From Lama guanicoe (taxonomy: Eukaryota): a DNA stretch of 64,000 nt. Made by a program: the position numbers and the translations under genes. Under the pieces are notes generated by a model. It was not told where the DNA came from. It saw only the letters and a list, made by a program, of their open reading frames with translations, and did not search any database. This document shows positions 25,291 through 38,414 of the stretch, in pieces; the first letter of the stretch is position 1, and the number at the start of each line of letters is the position of its first letter. Where the stretch lies: positions 2,943,130-3,007,129 of the forward strand of contig MU054391.1 in the NCBI GenBank assembly GCA_013239625.1, written 5' to 3'.

Positions 25291-25739
25291 AGTCTTTGAT
25301 GTTACCTCTCGAATAAAAAGAAACACAGCTGAGGCTCTTCTGGCAATTCTTACTCCTGCACAGCTTCTAAAGTTCTCTCATAGGCACCTCGGAAGGATTT
25401 GGAGTAAGAGAATGACGGGATCAAATGACGTTCTAGAAAGACCTGCCTGGAAGCACTGTTGAAGAGGGTGAGGAGCATACTTCCAAGGACAGGCTGCAGC
25501 CGCTGCCATGTTCTCGACAGCGAAGACACCAGCCTGACGAAGGCATGAGTCAAGGGGGAGCCGAGGACATTCCAGAAACTCTCGGAGGGGGGGAACTCCG
25601 CGGCGCACCACAGAGGGGGACGCGCTGCTGTCCAGCGATCTCGTTCACTTGGATCAGAGTTTGCCTGCACTTGCAATCCGGCTGGGAAGGGTTTGAGTTG
25701 GAGGCCCTCCAGAGCGCACAACATTCTGTTCCTCGCATA

Positions 25740-27120
25740 TGTTCCTGCAGCAAACAGAAAGCGAGCGGGGCTCGTCGCTGCCGTGAGCTCAGGACTCGGA
25801 GTCACACCACGCGCTCATTGCGCGCGTCTTTGTTTACCCACTGCGGCTGCGTCTCGGGACGTCCCACGCGCTGGGGCGGGAGGGACGGGGGCTGGGGCAG
25901 ACGCACGAGGCGGGTGCAGCTCTCATCCGGCTGCCTGCCGCCTTCAGGTGCCTTGTGAGGGGCGGGAGGGCGATGTTTTGGCTGGCGTGTTACTTCCCTT
26001 GAGAAGTGACTTTGGTGAATTACAAGATCCTGTGAGTTTCAGGATCCCGTTCAGTTTACAGGCACAGTCATCGTGTGCTCACCCGCCCGTCCACACCCAT
26101 GTAAGTCGTCACTCATGTACGTGCTCGGCACCGCCTGAGCACCTCCTGCACGCAGGCTCCGCGGTGTGGTGCGGGGGGAGGTGTGTGAGATGGCTGCCGC
26201 GACGCGGGGCAGGCTGCCACCTTCCAGAAGCAGTGGTGTGAGGCGGGAAGGGCGGCGAGCTCGGAGTCGGGGTCTGGGCTCTGCCACAGCTTTGCCCCTT
26301 TAACTGGCCGTGTCATCTCAAGCAGTCCCCCCTCCCAGACTCCATTTCTTTATCCAGGAGGAGAAGACTGCCTCTGAGATCAGAAAGAGCTGGTCCACGT
26401 TCCTGCACCGCCCACACAAAGGCCAGCCCGGGGCAGATGTCACCATCACGTCCTTCCCCGTCGGCGTGAAAGGTATGTGACAACTCTGAAGCTCTCCTTC
26501 CACACCTGTGAAGCGGGCAGCTCCTTCACTCACGGGGCCCTCGAGAAGCAGCGGCGTGAGGTGCCCACGGTGTGCGTCCACCTCGGGGAGCCCCGGCCGC
26601 GGAGGAGAAACGCCCAGAGAGAAGGGGGCGCCCAGCCCGGGGGAGCCTGCAGACAGGTCGCAGTGCGCGCCTCAGGAAGACTGCAGACCTCCTGCCTCCA
26701 CGCCCTGGAATTGCCTTCGGGGCTCTCTCCCTGCAGAGGCCGCGGTGGGCGGCCCTGAGGCGTCTGCCGTCTGGGCTGCTGGCAGGTGCCTTGCTCCTCC
26801 TTCCGGACTGGGTTGCGGAGCGACACTGGCCTGGGGCGGCTTCATGCAAGTCAGTCCGACCCTTTCCTCCGGGCAGGCGCCCCCTGACTCCTCCCTCAGC
26901 CGAGGAGAGGCCCGGGCAAGGCTTCCCAAGAAAGCACGGGAGGTTTATGTGCTCTCGATGAAAGCGCCCCGTAAAAACCCAAGCGCGGGCAGCGGGCGCC
27001 GGGGACGCTGGAGAGTCTCTTTTCAGCAGGGCTGCAAAACGCTGATACAAGAGAAGACGGCTCTGTCAGACTCAGCTGCCAGGCACTCGCGCTCATGGGA
27101 CCGTATCGCTTCGCTTCTTT
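25740..27120. promoter_or_regulatory. CpG-rich, high-GC block (CpG island-like)
   Basis: Visibly dense CG dinucleotides, e.g. cacgcgctcattgcgcgcg and aagcgcgggcagcgggcgccgggg. Observed/expected CpG not computed. Confidence 0.5.
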
Positions 27121-28236
27121 CATCCTCGACTTGCCCGTGCTTCCTTTTGACTCTCAGAAGTCACTCCTAAGCCTCGAAATTAGAAATGGAAAGACCAGGG
27201 AGAAGATTGAAGAGACAACTAAAATCTTCTACAGCAAACTATGAAAAGACCATGCGAGCCCCTGTAACACGACTTTTTACAAAAATTCATTAACGGGTTT
27301 TCAGGAAAGAATCCCACGGTGATGTAACATCTTGTGTCTGAGGGTGTCCCAGGATGAGAGAAGTCCGGACGGGAGACACATGCCCTTTCATCCCAAGCAA
27401 TCGTCCTGTAAATTACAACGCAAAACAATCTGTATTGAGCACTCTTAGCTTAGCCTGGTCAGATTAGTGGCAAAGGATGGAGCCCATTTATGCGAAGTCA
27501 GCAATGGGAAAAACCAACACAGTGATGATTTAAAAAAAAAAACCTCACCACCAACACTCCCTGGGGTGGGGACCTGGCTTTGGAAGATGTTTGGAGGAGC
27601 AGGTGAGGGAGGAGGCCCCTGGTCAGGCAGAGTCACTCAGGCAAGTCAAATCCTACAACTGAAGATTTATTTAGGTGGTTAAAAAAAAAAAGCAAACACA
27701 CACATCTTAGTGGCTGCGTATAGCACCAGCTTTCCCAGCCACACACTTTGGTATCGCCTGTGAGTAACAAATGATATTTAAGATGTCAGCACACAGATAG
27801 CTGGGGTCCCATTGCCTGTGATTCTTTATTCCAAATAATGTGTCCTCGCATCTCGTGTTTTCGGAGGGTTTGGTTGGGGGATGTTCTGGAACACTTTCCC
27901 TGGCCCCAGTGGTTTTGGTCCGAGGGGTTCTGAGTCCCCTTGGGAAGAGGTCTGGGGCAGTGGGACGAGGCCCACCAGGAAAGGAACAGCATTGGAGCCC
28001 AGCTGCTTAAGTAGCTGTGGGACCCTTGCAGCCTCATTTAGAGCAGGATTGTTGGGGCCACATCAGTCCTGAATCCCGAATCCCGAATCCTGAAGCCAGG
28101 AGCCCTGAATTCAACTCACATCCGGGGCTGAGAACCTGAGGTAAGCGAGTGAACGTTTCTGATAGTCAGGGCCGTGGTGGAGTCAAGGTAAGCTGCATCC
28201 TTAGCCGGGTTCTCAAGGGGCTCGCAAGACAACAGA

Positions 28237-28598
28237 CAGCTGACCTTTGAGCAATACGGCTTTGAACTGTGCGGGTCCACTTACATGCGGGTTCTTTTCA
28301 GTAAATACATTGGACTTTTTTTTTTGAGATTTGCTACAGTTTGAAAACACTAGCAGATGAACTGTGTATCCTGGAAATATTGAAAAGAAAAAAAGATATG
28401 TCACAAATTAATAAAATATGGGTAAACATACATATAACACAAAATTTGTGCGCATTGACTGTTTATGCTATTTGAAAGGCTTCTGTCGGACAGTAGGATA
28501 TCTGTAGTTAAGTTTTGGGGGATTCAAAAATTATACTCATGTTTTCATTTGTGTGCAGGGATGGGCACCCCAACCCCTCATGGTTCCAGGGTCAACTG
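28237..28598 (+). mobile_element. Non-autonomous TcMar-Tigger DNA transposon (Tigger2/MER28-like)
   Basis: Terminal inverted repeats cagctgacctttgagcaa ... tggttccagggtcaactg, with internal tttgaactgtgcgggtccacttacatgcgg typical of Tigger2. The TA target duplications are decayed (ga / aa). Confidence 0.88.
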
Positions 28599-28849
28599 AA
28601 CTTGAAGTTCAACCACCTGTGAGCTCGAGACGCTGGATAAATTTCACCTGTTGATCACCTGTGGGCTCAATTCCATCATTGCCAGGGTGTCCTCTCAACA
28701 GGTCATCCACTGAGCATCTGGTGTGGATGCAGGCAGGAGGCACTGGTGACACCGCAGCGGGCCCTGCGTGGAGGTGATGCCCCGGGGAAGGCGCACCACA
28801 AGTACAACGTCAAAAGTAGTGAGAAACGTTGGAGGGCGCTAGGGGATAT

Positions 28850-29320
28850 GAAAACAAGGCACTGAGAACGCGGCAGCGGACGAGGCAGGAGGACCTGGTG
28901 ACTGATTGTCCGGGGTGGTCAGTGACACTGACCTGCCGGAGTTCCGGCGGAGCCTCAGACGAAATTCAGCCTGAGCAGGAGGGGAGAGGAGCGGGAGCCG
29001 CGGCCCAGGCGGCTGCTCGCAGACTCAGACCGAGGACGCTTGGTCCGGGCGTGGGACGGAGCTTGTTCCTGGTGAAGGGGCAGGCGGCCGTGATCCTGAC
29101 CCAGGTCCGGCGGCCGCACGCCTGTCCTGCCCCCCGCTGAGGCGGGGGACGCGGCTTCTGCAGGATGTCCGCAGCGCTGGGCGGATGCGCTGGGCCTCAC
29201 CCAGCAGGGCAGAGTCGGGTAGAGGGCGGAGGCCGCACGGCAGGAGGCCCGGGCTGGGCCGGCAGCCGTGGGGGAAGCTTCCTAGGAGCACGCTGCGGCC
29301 CAGGAGGGTGGAGGCCGGGC
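28850..29320. promoter_or_regulatory. CpG-rich, high-GC block, partly over a degenerate L2
   Basis: Dense CpG (gagccgcggcccaggcgg, ccgcggccgcacg). An L2-like antisense start lies at about 28700 (catccactgagcatctgg). Confidence 0.4.
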
Positions 29321-31179
29321 CAGACTCACAACCAGGAGCCAGGGGAGGAGAGAGCAGGGGGCGGGCACCTTAGGGGGGCTGGCAGGACTGTGAGCCCACG
29401 AGACGCAAGCCCTGGTGACACCCAGGAGCCCATTAGGACGCTGCTGAATTTGGAGTCTGGAGACCCCAAAGGGCTGGAGGGGCAGCCGGGGCCACCTTGG
29501 CTGCTCCTGATCTTGTGACCCCACCCACCATGGGGTGTTGGGTAGATCTTTAAAGGGCCTTCCATGAGTCGCATGACACAGGTAAGACAGCTTACAAAAT
29601 CACGGATGACATTCAGACATATGATATTAAAATGTGCGGCACTGGGAAGAACTTGGGATTTGGGACTTTGACTTTTCTCGTTCAATCACCGGCTTTTTGT
29701 TTTTTTTTTTTAATTTCTTAAAATCTGAAGACACTTCTTGAGTTGCGATAGTAACACTGTCCCTCGAGGCTGGGCACTCATAGGAGATGCTTGGTAAAAT
29801 GTTTGATTTAATTTAATCGTTACTGAAATTAGTTATCAACCTTACCATTGGTGGCCCTGCTAGTTCTTTATAGTGAATGAACAGAACCTTTCACATGGCA
29901 AACCTTGTTCAATCCGTCACATTGCATCACATGTACTGCCCCGTAGCCTGATTTGATCACCAAAGCCTTTATCTCATCTCCAAATACCTTTTCCTCTCAT
30001 CTCAGTCCCATGACCTCACATCCATCCATCGAGTGAGAAATATAACAGAGCTCCCCCCAAATCCCACTTCCTTCACATCCTATAAAGCATCACGCATGTT
30101 TTTAGAATTAAAATCTCTCCTTTCCTTTCCGTCTCCATGGCCACTGAGCTTATGAGCGGTTTTACTGTGTCATGCTGGAACTTTGTCACCTCGTCCCTCA
30201 GCCTCCTGGCTCAGGAGCTGCCCGGCCATTCCTGAGACCGCTCCCTCATCTAAGTGGCTGGGTCGAGGTACGAGTCTTGTCTGTCTGCCCCACACCTTGG
30301 TGGCACCTGTCCTCAGGGTGCTCTCCATGACCCAGCCCCTGCCCTGCTTTCTTGCCCCTCCTGTCACACCCCAGAGTCTGAGAAAGCCTTGTGTCCCCCT
30401 TTGCCCTTTCATCCTCCTGCTGGAAGATACACACGAGCCCTAACTCACTCCGTGTTCTTCAAGACTCCCTGGGGGCCACTCCTTTCCCAGGAAGAGGCTG
30501 GTTCTGGAACCCTCCCTAGGCTGCCCTGCACGGGGCCTCCTCCCGGACACGCATGGTATGAACTTGTCTTCGCATCTCTGCCTGCCCCTCTAGACTGCAG
30601 ACTCCTTGAGGGCAGAGACTAGATTGTCTTCACCTCCCAAGTGTCAGTGCCCACTGGACCCTGGAGCTTTGGATCTGAACCACTGAAACCCAGCCAATGT
30701 TGCTTCTTTCCAGAGATGCTTTCCAGGATCGAGTCCTCTCTGTTTCTGCAAAACTGCCAAGAAGGGCCACATTATGCATGTCAGACGTCTCTGTTGGGTT
30801 CTGTTTCCTGCTGAACACGGGGGCTTAGAACAGTTTTATTCATCCTCATGTCAGTGTCAACAGACTGAAGGTCCCTGTACCTGCATAAATAAATAATGAA
30901 TGAGTGACACGTTTCCATGTTCTCAGCTTCTCCTCCCGCTTTGGGTTTCTCAATTTTAAGTTGCCTTTTATTTATTGTCAAACTCCCTTACTCTTGTATT
31001 AATACTATTATGTTGATGCAGTGTAGTGATTTTATAATTATGCTCATAATTTAAATGTGTTGTCATTTTGAACACGTGCCTTTTTTACAACCGTGAAATA
31101 AACAATGAGCAGATTTTATTCTTCTTCCATAAAATAAACAGTAGCTGAACTCAGGATGCTGGGCACGTGGTTTTTATTC

Positions 31180-31265
31180 TCTCTGTCACTGGCTAGTTCT
31201 GTGGATGGTCAGTTAATCCCTCCATGCCTCAGTCTGCTCATCTGTCAAATGGGGAGATTAAGTTA
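31180..31265 (+). mobile_element. MIR SINE fragment
   Basis: tcagttaatccctccatgcctcagtctgctcatctgtcaaatgggg. Confidence 0.7.
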
Positions 31266-32139
31266 AATTATTAAGTTTGCTTCCCCCTTTAAAATGCTAT
31301 TTTTTTTAAGATTGATTTTGAATTGATCTTCAAGTTCACTTGACAGTTGTGGATCCTTATGCCACATGGGGACACTTTCAAACCCACCGTATGATGAAAA
31401 ATCATGTGGAACTTTTACTCAGTGCCAAAAACATCTTAATTACCCACTGTCTTTTAAAATATTCTTCCCAGTGGACTCATATTGGCAGGGGACAGCTGGA
31501 GGGAGGGAGTGGGAGAGAGGGATGAGCAGACAATTTTCCTAAAACCTCGTATCTGAGATGCAATTATTTTCTGTTGATTCGTGCAATTCTGTTTCCCAAA
31601 CCTTTTCTCCTAATTAAGCAAAGAAGCCTATTGGCAAATACAGACAAAATGTAGAAACAAAAAATGCTCAGCGTCAAACAGCATAGGAAGCACCGTTCCA
31701 AATGTGGGGTCCACGTGGCAGCGTGGGCTGGGCTGTCCCCAGAGGACCCGGCAAACAGGCATGGGTCTGTCTTCCTGGGGAGGGGGAGGGCTCCCATCTA
31801 GCCGGCGAGAGGGGCTCCAGGAATGCCAATGAGAGCAGAAACATTCCGTGCAACTCATAGGCATTTTTTTTTCAGTAAACAAGCCTCTAATTGACTTTAT
31901 TGCTTTCCTTGGAAGGCCCAGTAAATCACTGAACGTCAGGCCTGAGTAAAAACCCAACCTAGAGTGGAAGGCGTCTAATAATGCCTGACTGTTGAAGTCA
32001 TACTCATGGATTTTTTTTTTTTAAGTAGAATAACTACATTTCTTTCTAGAAACTCTTCTGAAAGATCTGGTCTCCACCAGAATAGTTTTTCTCCTCCAGT
32101 TCATACCTCACCCTACTGTCGGCCTAATTTTTCTTCTTT

Positions 32140-32300
32140 TAATTTTTTTAGAAGATGATGGTAAAATGTACGTAACAGAAAATTTACTGTTTAAACTATT
32201 TTCAAGTGCACAGTTCAGTGGAACTAAGGACGTTCGTGTTGCTGTGCAACCGTCAAGGCCACCCATCAGCCCGACCCTTTTAAACCTTGGCTTTCCGCAG
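32140..32300 (-). mobile_element. Old L1 3'-end fragment
   Basis: ggtaaaatgtacgtaacagaaaatttac...aagtgcacagttcagtgg...tgtgcaacc, homologous to the L1 end at 22101. Confidence 0.75.
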
Positions 32301-32583
32301 AAACCTGCGGCGATCAGCTGCGTCCCGCTCGGCTGCCCGGCTGCCTGCTGGGGGTACAGTCCAGCAGAAGCAGACCGTCCAGCCATTACAGTTGGTCACA
32401 TTCTGTGTGCTCTCCACTGTGCCCAAAACGTGCCTGCAGGGGTGCACGGGACCAGAGCGCCAGTTTTGGCATTAGGCAGCCCTGGGTTTCTACTCCGTCT
32501 CCCCCGCACACGGGCCAGGAGGCCTTGTGCACATCAAGTGAGTCCCTTCAGTACAAGCGCTGAGGAGCGAATCAAGGACCTCA

Positions 32584-33460
32584 CAACAGACATGTGAAAA
32601 GACGTTCCACATCGCTCATTATCAGAGAAATGCAGATCAAAACCCCAATGAGGTACCACTTCCCACCTGCCAGAACGGCCATCATCAAAAAGTCTATCAT
32701 TAATAAATGCTGGAGAGGGTATGGAGAAAAGGGAACCCTCCTATACTGTTGGTGGGAATGTAGTTTGGTGTAGCTACTATGGAGAACAGTATGGCAGGTC
32801 CTTAAAAAACTAAAAATAGACTTACCCTATGATCTAGAAATCACACTCCCGGGCATACATTCAGAGAAAACTCTAACTTGAAAAGATACGCACACCCCAG
32901 TGTTCATAGCAGCACTGTTTACAATAGTCAAGACATGGAAACAACCTAAATGTCCATTGACAGATGACTGGATAAAGAAGCTGTGGTATATTTATACAAT
33001 GGAATACTACTCAGCCATAAAAAAGAATGAAATAATGCCATTTGCAGCAACATAGATGGAACTAGAGATTATTTTACTAAATGAAGTAAGTCAGACAAAG
33101 ACAAATATCATATGATATCATTTACATGTGGAATGTAAAATATGACACAAATTAACATATTTACAAAGCAAAAACAGACTCACATACATAGAAAACAAAT
33201 TTATGGCTACCAAAGGGGAAAGGTGGGGGAGGGATAAATTAGGAGCTTGAGATTACCAGACACAAACTACTATATACAAAATAGATAAACAGAAAGCCCT
33301 ACCATATAGCACAGGGAATTATACTCAATATCTTGTAAATAACCTGTAATCTAAAAGAATCTGAAAAATAATAATATATATGTATAATTGAATCACTTTG
33401 CTGTACACCTGAAGCTAAGACAACATTGTAAATCAATTATGCTTCAATAATTAAAAAAAA
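32584..33460 (+). mobile_element. 5'-truncated LINE-1 (ORF2 C-terminus, 3' UTR, poly-A)
   Basis: Canonical L1 3' sequence (agagaaatgcagatcaaaac, ggagaaaagggaaccctcc, atggaaacaacctaaatgtcca) ending in tcaataattaaaaaaaa. Confidence 0.95.
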
Positions 33461-34746
33461 GACCCGACATGTCCCCAGACATGGAGTGTGGCCAGGTGCT
33501 GAAGAATGCAAAGGCATACTTTTCCCTCTTTGTCTTTCTGTAGATGGCAGAAAAAAATAAGATAATGCTAGTGATAATAATGATAAAGCTGAGTTGGGAG
33601 TGAGGGAGTACGACGGCTTCGGGGTGTCGCCTGGCTTGGAGCCCCAGGACCCACTCTTGGCTCTGTCCCCACGTGTGCACTCGGCCCCAGGCAGCGTCTG
33701 AGCAGGGTCATGATGGTTTGGAACCTGGCAGGCTCCCTCCAGGCCAGGCTGCAATTTTTCACGTGGGGGCCCTATGTAGTCCTATTACAACAGTAGATTC
33801 AGATTTAAATTTAGATCCATCATTGTGATTGGGAAGAGGAAGAAACATAGCTTGGAATTCCTCTGACTCTGTCCTTCCACAGGAGCATTTGGGGTTCCCA
33901 TTCCTGTATAACGTTGAAAACAGTGAGATGACACAAATCCTGAGGTGAGATGTTTCTGGCTTGGTAAATGCAGATTTTAGTCCAGATCTACCACTGAATT
34001 TGCATATCTTTAAAATTAAAATTTATTCTCCTATTTAAACTGTTGTTTGTTTTCAAAACAAAGAATGAGGCAAGGAAGTAATAATTATTGTGGATTGGTA
34101 CTCGATTAACACCGAAAGTCACTGTCATATTGAGGAGAGAGGGGTTAAAGGGGCTTCTCCCCGGATGTTGAGGACACCAGGGGTATCACTGCCGGGCGGA
34201 AAGGGAAGGTCCCAGCGATGCTCCCTCCCACCCTTCCTCTGCCAGTTACTCCGGGAAGTGCCTGCAGGCATGGGCGCTGCCTCCCCGCACCTCCCGCAGG
34301 ACCCAGTAGGACCCACCCGCCCCCCAGTCCCCTTTGAACTAAACGAGACGCTATTGCTTATTCCTTGCCTGCACACTCCCCCTCCACCTGCTCAAACCCC
34401 TCCGGCCCTGCAAGAGGCAGAGCAGAGGAGGGAAAAGCCGTGAAAGACGAGATTTGACTTTCCGGAGACCTGGGCTCAACTTCTTGTTGCCCGAGACTCT
34501 GTTATGTTTTCTCTTTAAACTTGCTTCCCCACTTGAAAAGCCAAGGGAGTGAGACCAACCCCTGAGAGGCTTTGCGCCCATTAGGGACACTGCATGTGCA
34601 CAATGGAGCAGCGTCCGGCACGCAATCATGGTGTCAGTGTCTCCGTCCTCCTTGACCCCTGTTAGCTACAGGCAGTGCCCCAGACCAGTCCTCAGCATCA
34701 TCTTGGGGCTCAGAATCAAACGTCGGTCTCTCTGTGTCTCACTCTC

Positions 34747-34870
34747 AACACACACACACACACAGTGTGCACACACACGTAATTACACCTGCGTCTACAG
34801 ATACACCTGTGTGTGTGCAAGTCGAGTGTTTGCACACACCTCCATGAACACTCACTCGCACACACCCCAC
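34747..34870. repeat. Degenerate CA-rich simple repeat
   Basis: acacacacacacacacagtgtgcacacacacg...gcacacacc. Confidence 0.7.
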
Positions 34871-35949
34871 GTGTGCAATTGGTTGACTCCTACAGTTTTC
34901 TAAAATCAGGCCAAATTATTCTGTAGGTCAACATGGCAATGGAGGGGTTTGATTTATACCCAGATCAAGATAAATGATTAGTCCACTGGCCCAGCATGAA
35001 AATCTGTATTCCGACTCTACTTTTGTTTTCTTTTCAACACATGCTTTTTATCAGGAGATTGCCTCTTGCCAAAAATTCCCATTTTAAACTTGGCTTACGA
35101 CGGGGCCAAACAATTTAAACATTTGGGCAATGGAATCAATGCATATTTTCCACCATGTAGTGAAATAATGGTTTGGTTGAAAACTTTATTAATTCCAAAT
35201 TGAGCAGAGTCTGGCTAGTGGCGCGTGTGGCCAGTAGCGGCTTTCGCTCTCTGTCTGGCCGGAGGGAGAAGAAGGCGGGTAGAAACAGCTGCTCTCACTT
35301 TCCACGTGAGAAAAGGGACTGCTTCTTCCGAGATGCCTCGTCAGCAAACGCTGGGACGTCAGACAGAGCACCTGTCCATCCCCAGACGAGGCAGGGTCCT
35401 TGTTCGGTTCTTCTCCTGCGTGTCAAGAAGGCCATTCCTTTCCCATAGACGCTGTTAGAAACTGGTGTGAGGGACCCTAAATTTCCCAGACTCGCGCAGA
35501 AAACAGCATTTCTCTCTGGATGCAGGCATTACAGTGATTTTTGTCATTTGTGTGTGCTTTTATTTTTCAATGTTTTGAATATTTAGCTAGAAACAAGTTT
35601 CATTTGGGTAAACAAACAAAGATCAACAATCCCTCTTTATGAAAAAGCTCAGTGTGGCAGAGCCTGAAGCACAAGTTCAGAGGTCTTTATCCAGCTCCAT
35701 CTGTGCTATTAGCTAGCCGTCCCCATAAGCAACTCTCTAAAGTCTTTGCGAAAGCTCTTTCGCCATCCGCAAAATGAGGAGTGAAGGGATAGGCGAATTT
35801 TCCGGTCCCGTCTGCCTCGATGATTTCTGATATAAAATGAAAAAAATAACACTACTTCATTAAAAATGGGAAGGAAAATACACATTCCTAAACGCATAGT
35901 GTGCGTCTGGTTCTGAGCGATGTTTTGTCACTGCTTTGTGTATTTTTAA

Positions 35950-36115
35950 ACATTAACACGCGTTATCTCAGTCCATCCCCACAGTAACCCATGCAAAATG
36001 GTCGTTACTGTCCCAATTACTGAGACCAGGAATCTGAGACACACGTTTAGCAGAAGATGGAGTAAGAGCTCCAGCGCTGCTCGGTCCGGTTGCATAGCCC
36101 GCATTTCTTCACTTT
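35950..36115 (-). mobile_element. MIR SINE
   Basis: ttatctcagtccatccccacagtaacccatg...tactgtcccaattactgag...aatctgagacac. Confidence 0.6.
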
Positions 36116-37178
36116 CATCTCCACTAATTCTCTGCGTTTGATGTGGAGCATTTTGCAGAAAAGGCTGAGACAAAGAAGGTGGGTGAACTTCGAAGACGTT
36201 TTCAACGTCCCCATGAAGCAGCTGTGCACTTGGCTTCTTAGCCGAATGCAGACTTGCGAGGGGTGTTCCTGGTCGCTGAGCCTTCTTGGGAGGTTCCAGA
36301 GGAAATTTTTAGTTTCTTGAGTAATCCATCTCTTCCTTTTCTTTCCAAGCCACTAAATAGACTCGCTCGATTTTGGTCGTTTTAGGAGAAGCAATTGAGG
36401 AGAATCCAAGACAAACGAACTTACGACCGGCTCTCTCACATCTTTGCTTTCAGGGCATCTTCCGTCACATGGAGAGCTCCCAGTCCCCTGACCCCAAAGG
36501 GAAGTGACATTGCCCCGGGCCACTCTATGCTGACCCGCAGCTACAGCTGCCCAGGGGAGAAAACACATTTAATTTGATGGCAGCCACACAAACCTGTGTG
36601 TCCGGAGAAACCCACGGTGACGTTCGTCTCCCTACGGTTTAGAACTGTGGCTGACTGTTAACCACTTACCTTTCTCTCTCTCACTCTCTCTCTTTAATGT
36701 GGATTTATTAGCACAAATACGTCACGCAAACGATGATTTATGACGGCACCATAGTCCCTGAGAAGACGTACTGCTTTAGGGGAGCAGGAGTCCCTGTAAC
36801 AAAGGCCCGTTCCGGGAGGCCAGTCGGGTGGAACTCAAGTGAAGCTGAACACGCCAACCTGCCACAACCTTTGTTTCCTGAGATGTTCTGCTGCCGTATC
36901 TCTTTGCATGAGCTCCTCCTTGGGAATCTGTGCTTTTTAAAAATTTCGCCTCTGCTGTTGCCCTTCTGTTTCCGTTCATTCTTCAGTCAGCTCAAAGAAT
37001 GATGGCATTTATCTCGGTAGCCTTTCACAGGAGCTAACCAATAAGGAGATGGTTGCTACCGAGTGATGGAGAAGTGCTGAGAAGCAGCACACACAGTTAT
37101 CTGCCGCCTCCTGATTCTGCTCCGAGTCTCAGGAGAGGTGCTTTCTGACTCATCAATTCTTATTTTTGTATATAGATA

Positions 37179-37181
<3 letters not shown>

Positions 37182-37220
<39 letters not shown>

Positions 37221-37230
37221 CATATGTATA
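37182..37230. repeat. (CA)n microsatellite with TA flank
   Basis: About 16 CA units followed by tatatacatatgtatat. Confidence 0.97.
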
Positions 37231-38414
37231 TTTATTGACTTACAGCCCATCGCTTCCAATGGGACCAACCTGTCTCCCTTGCCAGGTGCACCCATGATGC
37301 GATGTAAGGGGAGGCAGGTGCCCTGGTACGTCTCAGGTACCCTTCCCTCTGCTGCGGTGGTCATTTCGTCAGCTCCATGAAATCCACACAAAGGCATTTA
37401 CTGCAGAGGTGACACAGTGAGACCTCCATCAACAGGAGGCAGAAGTGAGAGGACCGGGCAGGAAGCAAACAGACTCTTGCAATTATATTTAATTGCGAAA
37501 GGCATCCAGGTCGTGCTCTTTAGAACATCACTAAAAGGAGCTTTGTTTCTCTGAGCTCTGCCACAGTGATTAGGGGTGGGAATACGATCAGTGGCATTGA
37601 TCATTCTCTTCACTCGCATAACCCCTCTCCCTGTTACCCCTGATAATTTCACTTTCAGAGTGGGGAAAATGGAGTTACGTGACCCTCTGGGCCCCAGCCC
37701 ACCACCCTACTGACAACCTCCATTAATCTTTGAGAGTCTCCCCCATTTGCTAAATAGCAGGGCTCACCTGGGGTGGTGCACCCATCAGGGGCAAAGTTAA
37801 TTGCAATCAATATCTCCTAACAGTTCTCCTCCCTGCCCCCACCAGACAGTAAATCTTACCCACTTGGGAACACAGGCAGCTGCGGGCCGGGGCTGCGTCT
37901 CTGCAGGAAGCAGGATGGGGGCTTCGGGCAGGGGAATGGTCCTGTGCATGTCATAGTCATCATCCTATTTAAGATTTGGGTTTTCAAGTTTTGGATTTGA
38001 ATATGAGCACCTTCACTTTTTTTTGTCTTTTCAGCTGCTTTCTGTTTATTCATAAAAATTATAAAATGTGTTTTCTCGGGTTGTAAAGTACTACAAAGCT
38101 CACGAAAGAAAATTGCCAACAAACACACAAGAAGGAAGAAAAGTCGCCTCACCGCTCAGACAGCACCAGCGCCAACTTGGTCGCACCCTGTTTCTTTTTT
38201 TCCCTTCCTTTTTGTTTTTCTCTAACCAACTACAAAGGTCAAGCCTGTCTTTGCCTGTTGGCACCACGTCTTCTAAGATGTAACATCCCCACACAGCTGC
38301 TTCTGCTCCTTGACTTCTGCTGTGGTTTCCGAGTGAAGGTCAACTCTGAAAACTGGAGTGAACAGTGCAGGGCTGTTACCCAAACATAGGTTCCCCCCAG
38401 AGCTGACCCTTCTT

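Noticed and set aside
28067..28094. Heptamer tandem repeat tcc(t/c)gaa x4
   Set aside because: Ordinary short slippage repeat with no further structure.
36670..36757. Further minus-strand exon candidate with donor AAG|gtaagt
   Set aside because: The acceptor is weak. Similar isolated splice signals (11087, 37860, 49535, 51408) are expected by chance.
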